Shown here one piece after another: positions 25,353 to 34,985 of a stretch of DNA of 63,019 bases. The stretch is taken from IMG/VR virus record IMGVR_UViG_3300012855_000002, positions 1-63,019 of that record, one strand, 5' to 3'. The translations under genes and the position numbers were made by a program. How positions within the stretch are numbered: the first letter of the stretch is position 1; every line of letters starts with the position of its first letter. Under the pieces are notes generated by a model, which did not search any database, had not been told where the DNA came from, and saw nothing but the letters and a program-made list of their open reading frames with translations. The stretch is from a virus. Taxonomy: Duplodnaviria > Caudoviricetes.

Positions 25353-26781
25353 CTGGCAGGCGATTGAGCGGGAGGCGTGCCGGCGTTCGCTTGCGGAGTT
25401 CGTGCGGTGTGCATGGCCCGTGGTCGAGCCTGGGCAGCCCTATGTTCACGGCTGGCATATCGATGCGATTGCGGAGCACCTGGAGGCAATCAGCCGAGGC
25501 GAGATAACGCGGCTCCTGATCAATGTCCCGCCGGGCACCATGAAGTCGCTGCTGACGGCCGTGTTCTGGCCGGCTTGGGAAATGGGACCGTTGGGCAGGC
25601 CACATACGCGCATCGTCGCGGCCTCTCACTCCGAGGCGCTGGCGATCCGGGATAACCGGCGCTGCCGGAACCTGATCAAGTCGGAGTGGTATCAGGAGCT
25701 TTGGGGCGATGTCGTCCAACTTGTCAGCGACCAGAACGAAAAGAAGAAGTTTGAGACGACAGCTACGGGGTTCCGGCAGTCTATCGCGTTCACCGGCACG
25801 ACCGGCGTTCGTGGCGACCGGTTCGTAATCGACGATCCCATGAGCGTTGACGATGCAGCGAGCGATATGCGGCGCGAGGCGGTCAACACGACGTTTACGG
25901 AAGCCATCACGACGCGTCTGAACAATCCTGACAGGTCGGCCATTGTGGTCATCATGCAGAGGCTGCACGAGCGGGACGTGTCCGGCCTGATCCTGGACAG
26001 GGATCTGGGATACGACCACCTGATGCTGCCGATGGAATATGAGCCTGACCGGGCCTGCAGCACGTCGATAGGGTTCAAGGACCCGCGCACGCAGGACGGT
26101 GAATTGCTCTTTCCTGAGCGTTTCCCGCGTGAGGTTGTTGAGCGTGACAAACGCGTCATGGGTTCGTATGCAACCGCTGGCCAGTTTCAGCAGCGCCCGG
26201 CGCCGCGCGAAGGCGGCATGTTCAAGCGTTCCTGGTTCGAGATCGTGTCGGCCGCTCCGGCGGGTGGCAAGTCCATGCGCATCTGGGACCTCGCTTTGAC
26301 GCAGGCCAGGCAGGGCAATGACCCGGATTACACAGCAGGCCTTCGCATGAAGAAGGTCGGCGGCATCTACTATGTCGAGCATGTCGTGAGGGATCGGCTC
26401 TCGCCCGATGGCGTCGAACGGCTCATCCAAAACACCGCATCGCAGGACGGGCGCGATGTTGCGCAGCGCCTGCCGGCGGAAGTCGCGACCGGCGGGGCGT
26501 GGCCGCAACGGATTGTGAAGCTCTTGGCCGGATATGACGCCCGAATCGACCGGGATCTGACCAAGGGTAAGAAAGACTGGCGCGCGACGCCCGTGAGCGC
26601 CCAAGCCGAAGCTGGAAATGTGAAGCTCGTCAAAGGCTCGTGGAATGACCCGTTTCTCGATGAGGTCTGCGTGTTCCCGGCCGGCACCCATGATGACCAA
26701 GTGGACGTGCTTTCAGGCGCCTTCAACGCGCTGACGAAGCCCGACACGCCCCCGCTCTCCGGTTCGTCCGGCTGGAACTGA
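25318..26781 (+). CDS. terL: Terminase large subunit
   Basis: INVPPGTMKS Walker A, VIDDP Walker B, IMQRLHE.D, Q.QQ.P, WDLA, HDDQVD nuclease motif. Confidence 0.95.
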   Translation: MPAASLKLTRADWQAIEREACRRSLAEFVRCAWPVVEPGQPYVHGWHIDAIAEHLEAISRGEITRLLINVPPGTMKSLLTAVFWPAWEMGPLGRPHTRIVAASHSEALAIRDNRRCRNLIKSEWYQELWGDVVQLVSDQNEKKKFETTATGFRQSIAFTGTTGVRGDRFVIDDPMSVDDAASDMRREAVNTTFTEAITTRLNNPDRSAIVVIMQRLHERDVSGLILDRDLGYDHLMLPMEYEPDRACSTSIGFKDPRTQDGELLFPERFPREVVERDKRVMGSYATAGQFQQRPAPREGGMFKRSWFEIVSAAPAGGKSMRIWDLALTQARQGNDPDYTAGLRMKKVGGIYYVEHVVRDRLSPDGVERLIQNTASQDGRDVAQRLPAEVATGGAWPQRIVKLLAGYDARIDRDLTKGKKDWRATPVSAQAEAGNVKLVKGSWNDPFLDEVCVFPAGTHDDQVDVLSGAFNALTKPDTPPLSGSSGWN

Positions 26782-26792
26782 CAGGATCACCG

Positions 26793-28313
26793 ATGACAGA
26801 CGATATGCTCGCCGTCTCCGGCGATTACGCGGCCATGTCAGGATACTGGAACATGGTCGACACCATGATGGCCGGCACGAAGGCGATGCGCGCGGCCGGC
26901 AAAACGTATCTTCCGCAGTTCCCGGGCGAGTCCGACGCGGACTACAAATACCGGAACGAGACGGCCAAGTTCACGAACATCTTCCGGGACATCGCGGAAA
27001 ACCTCGCCGCGAAGCCGTTTACCAAAGAGGTCTCGCTTTCCAAGCCGGAGGGGTTCGAGGCGTATTCGGCTATCGTCGAGGACATCGACGGCGCCGGCAA
27101 TCACCTCAACGTCTTTGCCGCGGACACGTTCTTCAACGGCATCTCGCGCGCGATCGACTGGATATTCGTCGACTTCCCGACCGCTCGCCCTGGCGCGACA
27201 TTGGCAGATGAGCGGGCATCGGGCGCGCGTCCATACTGGGTGCACATTCCGGCCACCGACATGCTCGCGGTCTACTCCGCAATGGTGGGATCGAAAGAGG
27301 TCATCCACTACGCCCGGATGCGAGAGGTCACGGTCGAGAGCGACGGTGTCGAAGAGACAGAAATCGTGCAGGTCCGGGTTCTGATCCGTGACCCGATCTA
27401 TGACGACGAGACCGGCGCCGTGATCGGCTTTGCACCAGCCCGCTACGAGCTGTGGCGATCCGAAGCCGTGGAGAGTGGCGCCCGCAAGAAGGCGCAAACG
27501 GTCTGGACGATGGTCGATGAGGGTGAAATCTCCATCGGGGAGATCGCACTTGTTCCGTTCATCACCGGCCGCCGTCACGGTCTGTCCTGGCGCTTCGACC
27601 CGGCGATGCAGGATGTCGCTGACCTCCAGATCGAGCACTACCAGCGCGAGACCAACCTGAAATTCGCGGAGACCATGACCGCTTACCCGATCCTCGCGGG
27701 CAATGGCGTCATGCCGCATCTTGGGCCGGACGGAAAGCCGGTCCCGATCCGCCGCGGCCCCAATAGCGTCCTCTTCGGCGGCGTCCATGATGGCACGGCT
27801 GGAACATGGGAAGTGATTGAGCCCGCCGCGACGAGCCTTCAATTTCTCGCCAGTCAGGTCGAAACCATCGAAAAGCAGATGCGAGAGATCGGCCGGCTCC
27901 CGCTCACCGGCGGCACGGCGGGCCTCACACAGGTCGCAGCAGCGTTCGGCTCACAGAAGGCTTCCAGCGCCGTCCAGATGTGGGCCTTCGGTCTCAAGGA
28001 CGCCCTGGAGCGCGCATTCGCGTTCACGGCGATGTGGATGGGCCTACCTGAAAGCCCGGAAGTCAGCGTTCACACGGATTTCGCGGTCGAGTTCGGCGGC
28101 GAGAACGATTTTGCGGACCTCACGAAGGCCCGTGAGAACGGCGAGATCACCCGCGAAACCTATTGGCGCGAGCTGAAGCGCCGCGGGAAGCTCTCGGCTG
28201 ATTTCGATCCCAAGGCCGAAGCTACGGCCCTTGAGGAAGAATACCCCGGCGATGGCGACATGCTCGTCACCGGGACGCCTGCTGCGACCGGCGAGACGCT
28301 GGACGCGGCCTGA
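26793..28313 (+). CDS. Portal protein (DUF4055-like)
   Basis: 506 aa directly after terL; MR.AG..YLP....ES...Y..R N-terminus. Confidence 0.85.
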   Translation: MTDDMLAVSGDYAAMSGYWNMVDTMMAGTKAMRAAGKTYLPQFPGESDADYKYRNETAKFTNIFRDIAENLAAKPFTKEVSLSKPEGFEAYSAIVEDIDGAGNHLNVFAADTFFNGISRAIDWIFVDFPTARPGATLADERASGARPYWVHIPATDMLAVYSAMVGSKEVIHYARMREVTVESDGVEETEIVQVRVLIRDPIYDDETGAVIGFAPARYELWRSEAVESGARKKAQTVWTMVDEGEISIGEIALVPFITGRRHGLSWRFDPAMQDVADLQIEHYQRETNLKFAETMTAYPILAGNGVMPHLGPDGKPVPIRRGPNSVLFGGVHDGTAGTWEVIEPAATSLQFLASQVETIEKQMREIGRLPLTGGTAGLTQVAAAFGSQKASSAVQMWAFGLKDALERAFAFTAMWMGLPESPEVSVHTDFAVEFGGENDFADLTKARENGEITRETYWRELKRRGKLSADFDPKAEATALEEEYPGDGDMLVTGTPAATGETLDAA

Positions 28314-28363
28314 ACCGCGCGGGACGCGCACCACCAATCATCACGGGAAGTGAGATACCAGTC

Positions 28364-29167
28364 ATGGCACTGAAAGCAGTTATCGATTCCGTCGAAGGCC
28401 TCGACGAGGGACAGCAGTCGCTCTATCGCGAAATCACGGATGACGGCGCGCTCAAGGGCAAGTTCATCCTCGATGTCGAGCCGGCCCACGGCTTTAACGT
28501 CGAGAATGTCGACGGGCTCAAGTCAGCCCTCGGCAAGGAGCGCACCGCGCGCGAGAAGCTGGAGCGCGATGTCGTCAAGTACAAGGATCTCGACCCGGAC
28601 AAGGCGCGCGAGGCCTTGGCGAAACTGGAAGAACTCGGCGACATCGATCCTGAGAAGGAAGCCGACAAGCTCGCCAACACGAAGTTCGAGGCGGCCAAGA
28701 AGCAGCTTGTCGAGAAGCACGGCCAGGCCCTGGAAGAGCGCGAAGGCCGCATCAAGGCTCTGTCCGGCCAGATCGACAACCTGATCCGTGAGCAGCGCGC
28801 CACCACGGCGCTCGCTGCCGAGAAGGGTTCCGTCGATCTTCTCCTGCCGCACGTCCTGAACATGACGCGCACCGTCGAACGTGATGGTAAGTGGGATGTC
28901 GAGGTGGTCGATCGCGACGGCAACGTCCGCATCGACGGCAATGGTAAAAACATGACCATCGAGGGCCTGGTTGCGGAAATGAAGCAGCCGGGCTCTGCGT
29001 TCGAGCGCGCATTCGACGCCTCGGGCAACTCCGGCAGCGGGAAGCAGCCGGGCCAGAAAAGTCCTGGGGGATCCGGGCAACTCAAGCGCAGCCAAATGAC
29101 CCTGCAGCAGAAGGCGGACTACCAGAAGCAGCATGGTCAGGAGGCGTATCTGAAGCTGCCTAAATAG
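28364..29167 (+). CDS. Capsid scaffolding protein
   Basis: GLKSAL.KER coiled coil; C-terminal RS.M....K..Y...HG..AY.KLPK; precedes the capsid gene. Confidence 0.8.
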   Translation: MALKAVIDSVEGLDEGQQSLYREITDDGALKGKFILDVEPAHGFNVENVDGLKSALGKERTAREKLERDVVKYKDLDPDKAREALAKLEELGDIDPEKEADKLANTKFEAAKKQLVEKHGQALEEREGRIKALSGQIDNLIREQRATTALAAEKGSVDLLLPHVLNMTRTVERDGKWDVEVVDRDGNVRIDGNGKNMTIEGLVAEMKQPGSAFERAFDASGNSGSGKQPGQKSPGGSGQLKRSQMTLQQKADYQKQHGQEAYLKLPK

Positions 29168-29178
29168 GAGATTCCCAA

Positions 29179-30135
29179 ATGGCAGACCTCGTTACCCTGA
29201 ATTCGGACATGGTTGTCTACAACCAGCTGTCCCAGACCGCCTACCTGGAACGCATCCAGGACGTTCTCGATGTCTTCAATGCGGCTTCGCAGGGAGCCAT
29301 CATCCTGCAATCCGAGGCTGTCGAAGGCGATTACTCGAAAGAGGCCTTCTACAAGATCGGCGGTTCCGCCGCTCACCGTGACGTGAATTCGAAGGCCACC
29401 GTCGAGCGCTCCAAGATCGGGTCCGACGAAATGGTCGGCGTGAAGTGTCCGTGGAAGTACGGCCCCTATGCCTCGACCGAGGAAGCGTTCAAGCGCCGCA
29501 ACCGTAGCGTCGACGAATTCTCGATCCTGGTTGGCCAGGACGCGGCTGACGCCACCATGGCCTATATGGTCGAAGCGGCGTTCGCTTCGCTCGAAGCAGC
29601 CATCGGTGCGAATGCCAGCATGACCACGACCGCTTCGTGGGCCACGCACGGCAAGAAGGTGCTGACCCGCGGCATGCGTCTGTTCGGCGACCGCTTCAAC
29701 CGGATCGCCATGTTCGGCATGGATGCCTCGACCTACTTCGATCTCGTCGACGACGCCATCGACGACAAGATCTACGAAGAGGCCGGGCTGATCGTCTACG
29801 GCGGCACCCCGGGCACCCTGGGCAAGCCGGTTCTCGTCACCGACAAGGCGCCGGCCGACACGATCCTTGGTCTGCAGCCGGGCGCTGTGACGATCAAGGA
29901 GTCGCAGGCCCCGGGCTTCCGCTTCTACCCGATCAACGACGAGGAAAACCTCGAGGTCGGGTTCCGTTCGGAAGGCACGTTCAATGTCGAACTCCTGGGC
30001 TACAGCTGGGATGTTGGCGGTTCCGCTCCTGCGAACCCGAACAAGACCCAGCTCGGCACCGGTGCCAACTGGACGAAGCACGCGACCAGCGACAAGGCGA
30101 CGGCCGGCGTCCTGATCGACCTGTCTGGCTCGTAA
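29179..30135 (+). CDS. Major capsid protein
   Basis: 318 aa after the scaffold; FNAAS.GAI.L, TLGKPVLVTD, GYSWD......P....L....NW, K.TAGV; strong SD and codon bias; followed by a terminator. Confidence 0.88.
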   Translation: MADLVTLNSDMVVYNQLSQTAYLERIQDVLDVFNAASQGAIILQSEAVEGDYSKEAFYKIGGSAAHRDVNSKATVERSKIGSDEMVGVKCPWKYGPYASTEEAFKRRNRSVDEFSILVGQDAADATMAYMVEAAFASLEAAIGANASMTTTASWATHGKKVLTRGMRLFGDRFNRIAMFGMDASTYFDLVDDAIDDKIYEEAGLIVYGGTPGTLGKPVLVTDKAPADTILGLQPGAVTIKESQAPGFRFYPINDEENLEVGFRSEGTFNVELLGYSWDVGGSAPANPNKTQLGTGANWTKHATSDKATAGVLIDLSGS

Positions 30136-30169
30136 GCCGGGCGGTTCAACCACCATTCAATCTGAGAAC

Positions 30170-30202
30170 ACGGCGGTACGGGATGTACCGCCGTTTCTCT
30201 TT
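30170..30202 (+). terminator. Intrinsic terminator after the capsid gene
   Basis: ACGGCGGTAC-GGGAT-GTACCGCCGT then TTCTCTTT. Confidence 0.7.
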
Positions 30203-30217
30203 CCGGGAGGGAATCCC

Positions 30218-30718
30218 ATGGAAGTCATCTATTCAGCGCAGCGTGACGGGTTCGAGGCCGGGAAGGTCTACCGGAACCCGCGTTACTTCGAGAAGGCCGA
30301 TCCGCGCGTCACCAAGGCGATTGTGTGTGGCGACTGGCCGAATGTCGCTGCTGCTTATCGTGCGGCGGGTGCAGAGGTCGAGGTTCGTCATGGGCCTTTG
30401 AAGGCGGGGCAGGTTCCCCCGATCCCGGAAGAGCTGAAGAGCAAGTTCAAAATCGATGCTGGCGTGATTGTCGGGGGATCGATCACTGTGAACGACGACA
30501 GCAAGGACGCATTCGAGACGGACGTGACCACGGCCAAGGTCGAGGGCGTGCCGGCCGTTGGCGCCGAAGCGGCCGCTGATGGACAAGACGAGGCTGCCGC
30601 AAAAAAGGCCGCCCGCGCCGAATATCTCGAAGCGATCGGCAAGCCGCCCGGCCCGAAATGGGATGCGGCGAAGATCCGCGAGGAAATGGCCAAGCGCCTG
30701 GCTGAGGGCGCGCAGTGA
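30218..30718 (+). CDS. Probable capsid-associated protein with C-terminal helix-extension-helix motif
   Basis: Follows the capsid gene; YRNP.YF motif; C-terminal ARAEY....GK.P...W....I. Confidence 0.6.
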   Translation: MEVIYSAQRDGFEAGKVYRNPRYFEKADPRVTKAIVCGDWPNVAAAYRAAGAEVEVRHGPLKAGQVPPIPEELKSKFKIDAGVIVGGSITVNDDSKDAFETDVTTAKVEGVPAVGAEAAADGQDEAAAKKAARAEYLEAIGKPPGPKWDAAKIREEMAKRLAEGAQ

Positions 30719-31584
30719 GGGTGTACGCGTTGCCGGACCCGCGAGGATGCGGAGAGGCCGTGCTGGCCGCTGCAAAGCGCCGGGGGCACGAAACGACGCG
30801 GCACTATGTCCATGCCGACTGCGCCTATGTGCGGACGGTGAATTACGGTCATGGGCGGGAGCAATGCCTAGAAGCGCTCCGGCTATTCGGGCGCGCGGAC
30901 ATTACGAGCGTTCCCGGCCCGGGCGCCGCGGACTGGTATGACGACAAGCTGGCGCAAGTCGCTCTGCTGCGCGACTGGATGCCTGACACACTGGTTCAGG
31001 AGACGCGTGACGGAGAGTTTGTTCGCCTGCCGCGGCCTGCGGGCTATCCGTTCATCTCGAAAACGGCATTCGGATCCGGCTCTGCAAATGTTCGCCTGAT
31101 CCGCAATGAAGCAGAGGCTCGCGCCGAAATCGACGCCGTGTCCGGCCCCGGCCTGCAGGTCAAGGGCGGTATCCAGCAAGGCTACCTGTACTGGCAAGAG
31201 CTGATCCCCGGCAACACGCGGGATATCCGGGTCGTTGTCGCCGGCCGCCGGCTCTATGGCCTTGTCCGCCACTGCCGCGATGACGTGCCTTTCGCATCCG
31301 GTTCCGGGCGCACGGAGGTCATCACCGACCTGTCGGACCCCCAAGTCCTGTCCGCCTTCATGATGGCAGACGAGATTGCCGAGAAGATCGACGCGCCCTG
31401 GTCCTGCTATGACATCGTGTTCGACAGCGACCGGCCATATTGCCTTGAGGTTTCGACCTCGTGGACTGAGATCTCGTATACGGACTGCACCGTGTTTGAC
31501 CGGGCATCGCTGGAACCGACTGGCGAGACCGGCGGGAGCTGGCCGGAATTCGTCATCGACGAGCTCGAAAGGCTGACGGCATGA
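30715..31584 (+). CDS. ATP-grasp ligase (RimK-like)
   Basis: DDK..Q.......P.T, YPFISK...GSGS.NV.LI, Y.QE.IP....DIRV.V.G, YDI.......LEV. Confidence 0.82.
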   Translation: MRVYALPDPRGCGEAVLAAAKRRGHETTRHYVHADCAYVRTVNYGHGREQCLEALRLFGRADITSVPGPGAADWYDDKLAQVALLRDWMPDTLVQETRDGEFVRLPRPAGYPFISKTAFGSGSANVRLIRNEAEARAEIDAVSGPGLQVKGGIQQGYLYWQELIPGNTRDIRVVVAGRRLYGLVRHCRDDVPFASGSGRTEVITDLSDPQVLSAFMMADEIAEKIDAPWSCYDIVFDSDRPYCLEVSTSWTEISYTDCTVFDRASLEPTGETGGSWPEFVIDELERLTA

Positions 31585-32486
31585 ACGTGCTCGTCACCGG
31601 CTGCCATGGATTCGTCGGCCACAATGTATGCAAGGCGCTTCTTGAAGCCGGGCACAGGGTGGTTGGGACGGACAGACTTGAGGGCGCGATAAGCGACAAG
31701 TCGGCCAGAGTGAAGGCCATCGCAGACGCCGGGCTGGAATATGTGGAAGCGTCTCTTGCCGACCCCGCCCAGGTCGATGCGATTTTTGGTAGGGCGCAAT
31801 TCGACCGTGTGATCCACTTGGCCGCGCAGTTCCCGGTCAAGCACACGCGCCAGACCGTTGACCAGTATATCGCGAGCAATGTGACGGCCTTCGCCAATGT
31901 GCTGGAGTCCTGCCGGGATCATGGCGTCGGACGCGTCATCTACTCCAGCTCGATCACGGCGAAGCATGGCGCCCGCCCATCGTCGATGTATGCGGCAACC
32001 AAGCAGTTCGGCGAGCTGATGGGGCATGTCTACACCCGGCTCGGTCTGGAGATCGTCGCGCTGCGACTTGGGGCTGTTTACGGCCCGATGATGCGGGACG
32101 ACGCGGGCATCTGGAAGGTGACCAACAGCGTTCTCGACCGCCGCCCGATGCCGAAGACCTCGGCATTCAACGGCCTGCACGAGATGGTGTTCATCGACGA
32201 TGTGGCCCGGTGCATGGCGGCATTCGTGAGCGCAGAGCTTCCCGTGCCTTTCGTGCTGGAAACGCTGTGCGCGCCGGAGGCATCCGCCAACTACGGCCAT
32301 GTTGCCGAGATGGTTGGCGAGATCACGGGGCTGAGCCCGATCATGCCGAGCGGATATCAGCCCAGGCAGCGCGGCCCGGTCGCGGACTGCGCAGCGATTG
32401 AACGCATCATCGGCGATGCACCGAAAATCACGCTTCGGCCGGGCCTTGAGAGCCTGGTCAAATCGATCCGGGAAGGCGCACAATGA
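31581..32486 (+). CDS. NAD-dependent nucleotide-sugar epimerase/dehydratase (extended SDR; UDP-glucuronate 4-epimerase-like)
   Basis: VLVTGCHGFVG, VIHLAAQ, YSSS, YAATK, LR...VYGP..R.D. Confidence 0.88.
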   Translation: MNVLVTGCHGFVGHNVCKALLEAGHRVVGTDRLEGAISDKSARVKAIADAGLEYVEASLADPAQVDAIFGRAQFDRVIHLAAQFPVKHTRQTVDQYIASNVTAFANVLESCRDHGVGRVIYSSSITAKHGARPSSMYAATKQFGELMGHVYTRLGLEIVALRLGAVYGPMMRDDAGIWKVTNSVLDRRPMPKTSAFNGLHEMVFIDDVARCMAAFVSAELPVPFVLETLCAPEASANYGHVAEMVGEITGLSPIMPSGYQPRQRGPVADCAAIERIIGDAPKITLRPGLESLVKSIREGAQ

Positions 32487-33481
32487 GCAATCCGACGCTG
32501 ACGATCATGACTTTCCTGTTCGAGAAGCCCCGGCAGTGGCAACGCACCGGCCGGGCCTCCTACGACTATCGCCATGTCAACGCGCTCTACCGGATGTGCC
32601 TGGCCAATATCCGCATCCCGTTCCGTTTCGTGTGTCTCACGGACACCCCGGACCGGATCGAGTGCGAGACGCGGCCCTGCCTTCCGGCCGTGTTCGTCAA
32701 CGGTGAGGATGCATGCTATCGCCGCCTGCAAGCCTTCTCGGCTGAGTTCGAGGCGGATATCGGGACCGACTTCCTGTGCTGGCTCGATCTGGACGCGGTC
32801 TTCACCCGCGACGCCACCGCGATCTTTCTGGGCGCCATGCAGCACGACTTCACCGCGATGGAAGGCAGTGTCTGGCAGAAGGACGGGACATCCTGCTCGC
32901 ACTACAACGGATCATTCGTCCTCTGGCGCGCCGGAACGCATAACTTCCTCTGGGACGAGTTCGACCCCGAAACCTTCTACGACCAGCGCGAAGCCTACCT
33001 GATGCCGAACGGCCGGCGCCCGCTGGGATCGGATCAGGCATGGTTCTCGGTTCGCCTGGGGCCGGATGCGAACAAGGTTGGCGTTGCCGATGGGGTCGTC
33101 CAGCAGCGCGCGACGAAAACCACAGATGACGCTGTGATCTTCTTCTTCGCCGGTCGCAATGACCCCTGGAGCAAGGAAGTCCAGCAGGACCGGCCGGACC
33201 TCCACGCGCTCTGGCAGTGCTATGCGAGCGATAAGGTTCTTCCTCCGGTCAAGAAAGCTGGCCGCGCCATGGTCCTGATGCCGGGGCCTGAAGTCTGGAC
33301 CGATGCGCAACGGGCGATGGAAGCCGGGGTTTCTGGTGTGATCGCGCATCCACATGCCGCGCTGCAATGGCCGCGCCCGGTTGATGGCGTTGCACTCGAT
33401 ACCCGCCGGGCCTGTGAGCTTGCCGAAGCGCTCGGCTTTGATGAAACCGCGATCTGCGGCGCCTATTCGGCAGCTGCGTAA
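32483..33481 (+). CDS. Glycosyltransferase (GT-A fold, GT8-like)
   Basis: HV..L..M.......F.FVCLTD, LDLD.V (DxD), YNGS, SDQ.W, FF.G...PW. Confidence 0.8.
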   Translation: MSNPTLTIMTFLFEKPRQWQRTGRASYDYRHVNALYRMCLANIRIPFRFVCLTDTPDRIECETRPCLPAVFVNGEDACYRRLQAFSAEFEADIGTDFLCWLDLDAVFTRDATAIFLGAMQHDFTAMEGSVWQKDGTSCSHYNGSFVLWRAGTHNFLWDEFDPETFYDQREAYLMPNGRRPLGSDQAWFSVRLGPDANKVGVADGVVQQRATKTTDDAVIFFFAGRNDPWSKEVQQDRPDLHALWQCYASDKVLPPVKKAGRAMVLMPGPEVWTDAQRAMEAGVSGVIAHPHAALQWPRPVDGVALDTRRACELAEALGFDETAICGAYSAAA

Positions 33482-33491
33482 GGAGGTCAAC

Positions 33492-33836
33492 ATGCAAGAC
33501 CCCGCATTCATGGTCATCCGCGTTGGGAAGCATCGTGAGAAGATCCGCGTTGCCGACTACAAGCCGGAAAAATGGCCCGCTGGTCATGAAATCCTGTCCG
33601 GTATGCCGCCGATCCCGGCTGAAATCGTCAAAGGCGGATACGTCGATACCGGCATTAATCCGCCTCGCGGTGTCGCTGGCCCGGATGAGGGCATCATGCC
33701 TGCCCGTGTGTCGCAGAGCGACGATCTGGACGCGCTGAAGGTCAAGGCCGACCGCATGAACATCCCCTACGGCGCGAATATCGGTGCCCCGACTCTGGCA
33801 AAGCGGATCGCAGACGCGGAAGGTGGGGCGGAATGA
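33492..33836 (+). CDS. Small head-region protein with C-terminal helix-extension-helix motif
   Basis: AGGAGG SD; L.ALK.KA...NI.Y..NIG..TL.KRI. Confidence 0.6.
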   Translation: MQDPAFMVIRVGKHREKIRVADYKPEKWPAGHEILSGMPPIPAEIVKGGYVDTGINPPRGVAGPDEGIMPARVSQSDDLDALKVKADRMNIPYGANIGAPTLAKRIADAEGGAE

Positions 33837-34105
33837 GCGAGGTCACATCACTCAGCGCGGCTCGTGCGGATCGTGAAAACGACAACCGCCTCGTGTCGCC
33901 GGCCGAATGCCTGGAGGAAATGGCGAAGAAAATCCGAGCGGGCCGCCCCTGCACGAGCGTCTTGGTCCTGTCGCTGGATATCGGCGAGGATGGGGAAAGC
34001 TATGACACAGGGTTCGTCGCATCGAACCTCAAGGGCTCCGAAATGGTCGCCCTGATGGAAACCGTGAAGCACGATGTCGTGCGCTTGATGCGGGGTGACG
34101 AGTGA
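33833..34105 (+). CDS. Hypothetical protein
   Basis: ATGA coupling. Confidence 0.6.
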   Translation: MSEVTSLSAARADRENDNRLVSPAECLEEMAKKIRAGRPCTSVLVLSLDIGEDGESYDTGFVASNLKGSEMVALMETVKHDVVRLMRGDE

Positions 34106-34599
34106 TGAGTAGCTACGGGACGCTGGCAGCATCCAAGACCTATCACGCCGAGCGCGGCAACACGGCATGGGCGGCGGCGGATGACGCTGACCTGACAATC
34201 GCCCTGTTGCGCGGGTCCGAATATGTGGACGGCCGGTTCCGCAGCGCCTTTCCGGGGCTCAAGACCGGCGGTCGCGATCAGGTCCGCGAATGGCCGCGCA
34301 CCGGGGCGACCGACGCCAGCAACTACGCGATCGCGTCGGATGCCGAGCCTGTCGAGGTCGAATACGCGACCTATGAAGCCGCGCTTCGTGAGCTGGCGAC
34401 ACCGGGATCGCTCCTGCCGGACGTGACGCCCTCCAACCAGATCAAGCGGGAACGGATCGAGGGCATCATCGACACCGAATACGTCACGCCGTCCGGCGCG
34501 TCCGCGGCCCGGCCGGTGATCGCCGTTATTGATGCCATCATGGCCCCGCTCATCGGTGGCGGCGCTTCATCCTTCGTCGGCTCTTCGGTGCGCTCGTGA
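34105..34599 (+). CDS. Head-tail adaptor (annotated family DnaT-like)
   Basis: Y...RGN.AW, AL.R.S.Y.D, Q...WPR, A.YEAAL.EL motifs; neck position. Confidence 0.75.
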   Translation: MSSYGTLAASKTYHAERGNTAWAAADDADLTIALLRGSEYVDGRFRSAFPGLKTGGRDQVREWPRTGATDASNYAIASDAEPVEVEYATYEAALRELATPGSLLPDVTPSNQIKRERIEGIIDTEYVTPSGASAARPVIAVIDAIMAPLIGGGASSFVGSSVRS

Positions 34600-34982
34600 C
34601 CGTCGACTACACCGGCATCCGCGCCAAGGTCTCCGCCGCGATGGCGAAGGTTGCCCAGGGCGAAATCAAGATCGCTGTGGCGACGCCCGGGAGCGGACCT
34701 GCGCACAACCCCGGCCCGCCCACGATTGCGTTCACGACGCTGCAGGGCGCTGGCGACGGGGTGACGCAGGAATACCAGAGCACCGCCTTGGAAGTCGGGG
34801 CCGATATGGTGATCAAGACGGCGGTGGTCGACGCCGTCACCCCGAAAAAAGGTGATCACCTGCTGGTGGACGGAGTCAGGCGCGAAATCGTCAAGTTCCA
34901 GCCCAAGCCATCGGTCGGGATCGCGGTCCAGTGGATTTTCTTCTTGAAGGGTGCGGGCGCCGCTGTTGATGAGGAGGCGTAA
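34596..34982 (+). CDS. Head-closure protein
   Basis: 128 aa; position between the adaptor and tail-completion genes. Confidence 0.6.
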   Translation: MTVDYTGIRAKVSAAMAKVAQGEIKIAVATPGSGPAHNPGPPTIAFTTLQGAGDGVTQEYQSTALEVGADMVIKTAVVDAVTPKKGDHLLVDGVRREIVKFQPKPSVGIAVQWIFFLKGAGAAVDEEA

Positions 34983-34985
34983 CAA

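Noticed and set aside
34105-34599. DnaT-like replication protein
   Set aside because: Position among neck genes indicates a head-tail adaptor; the DnaT-like family label is misleading here
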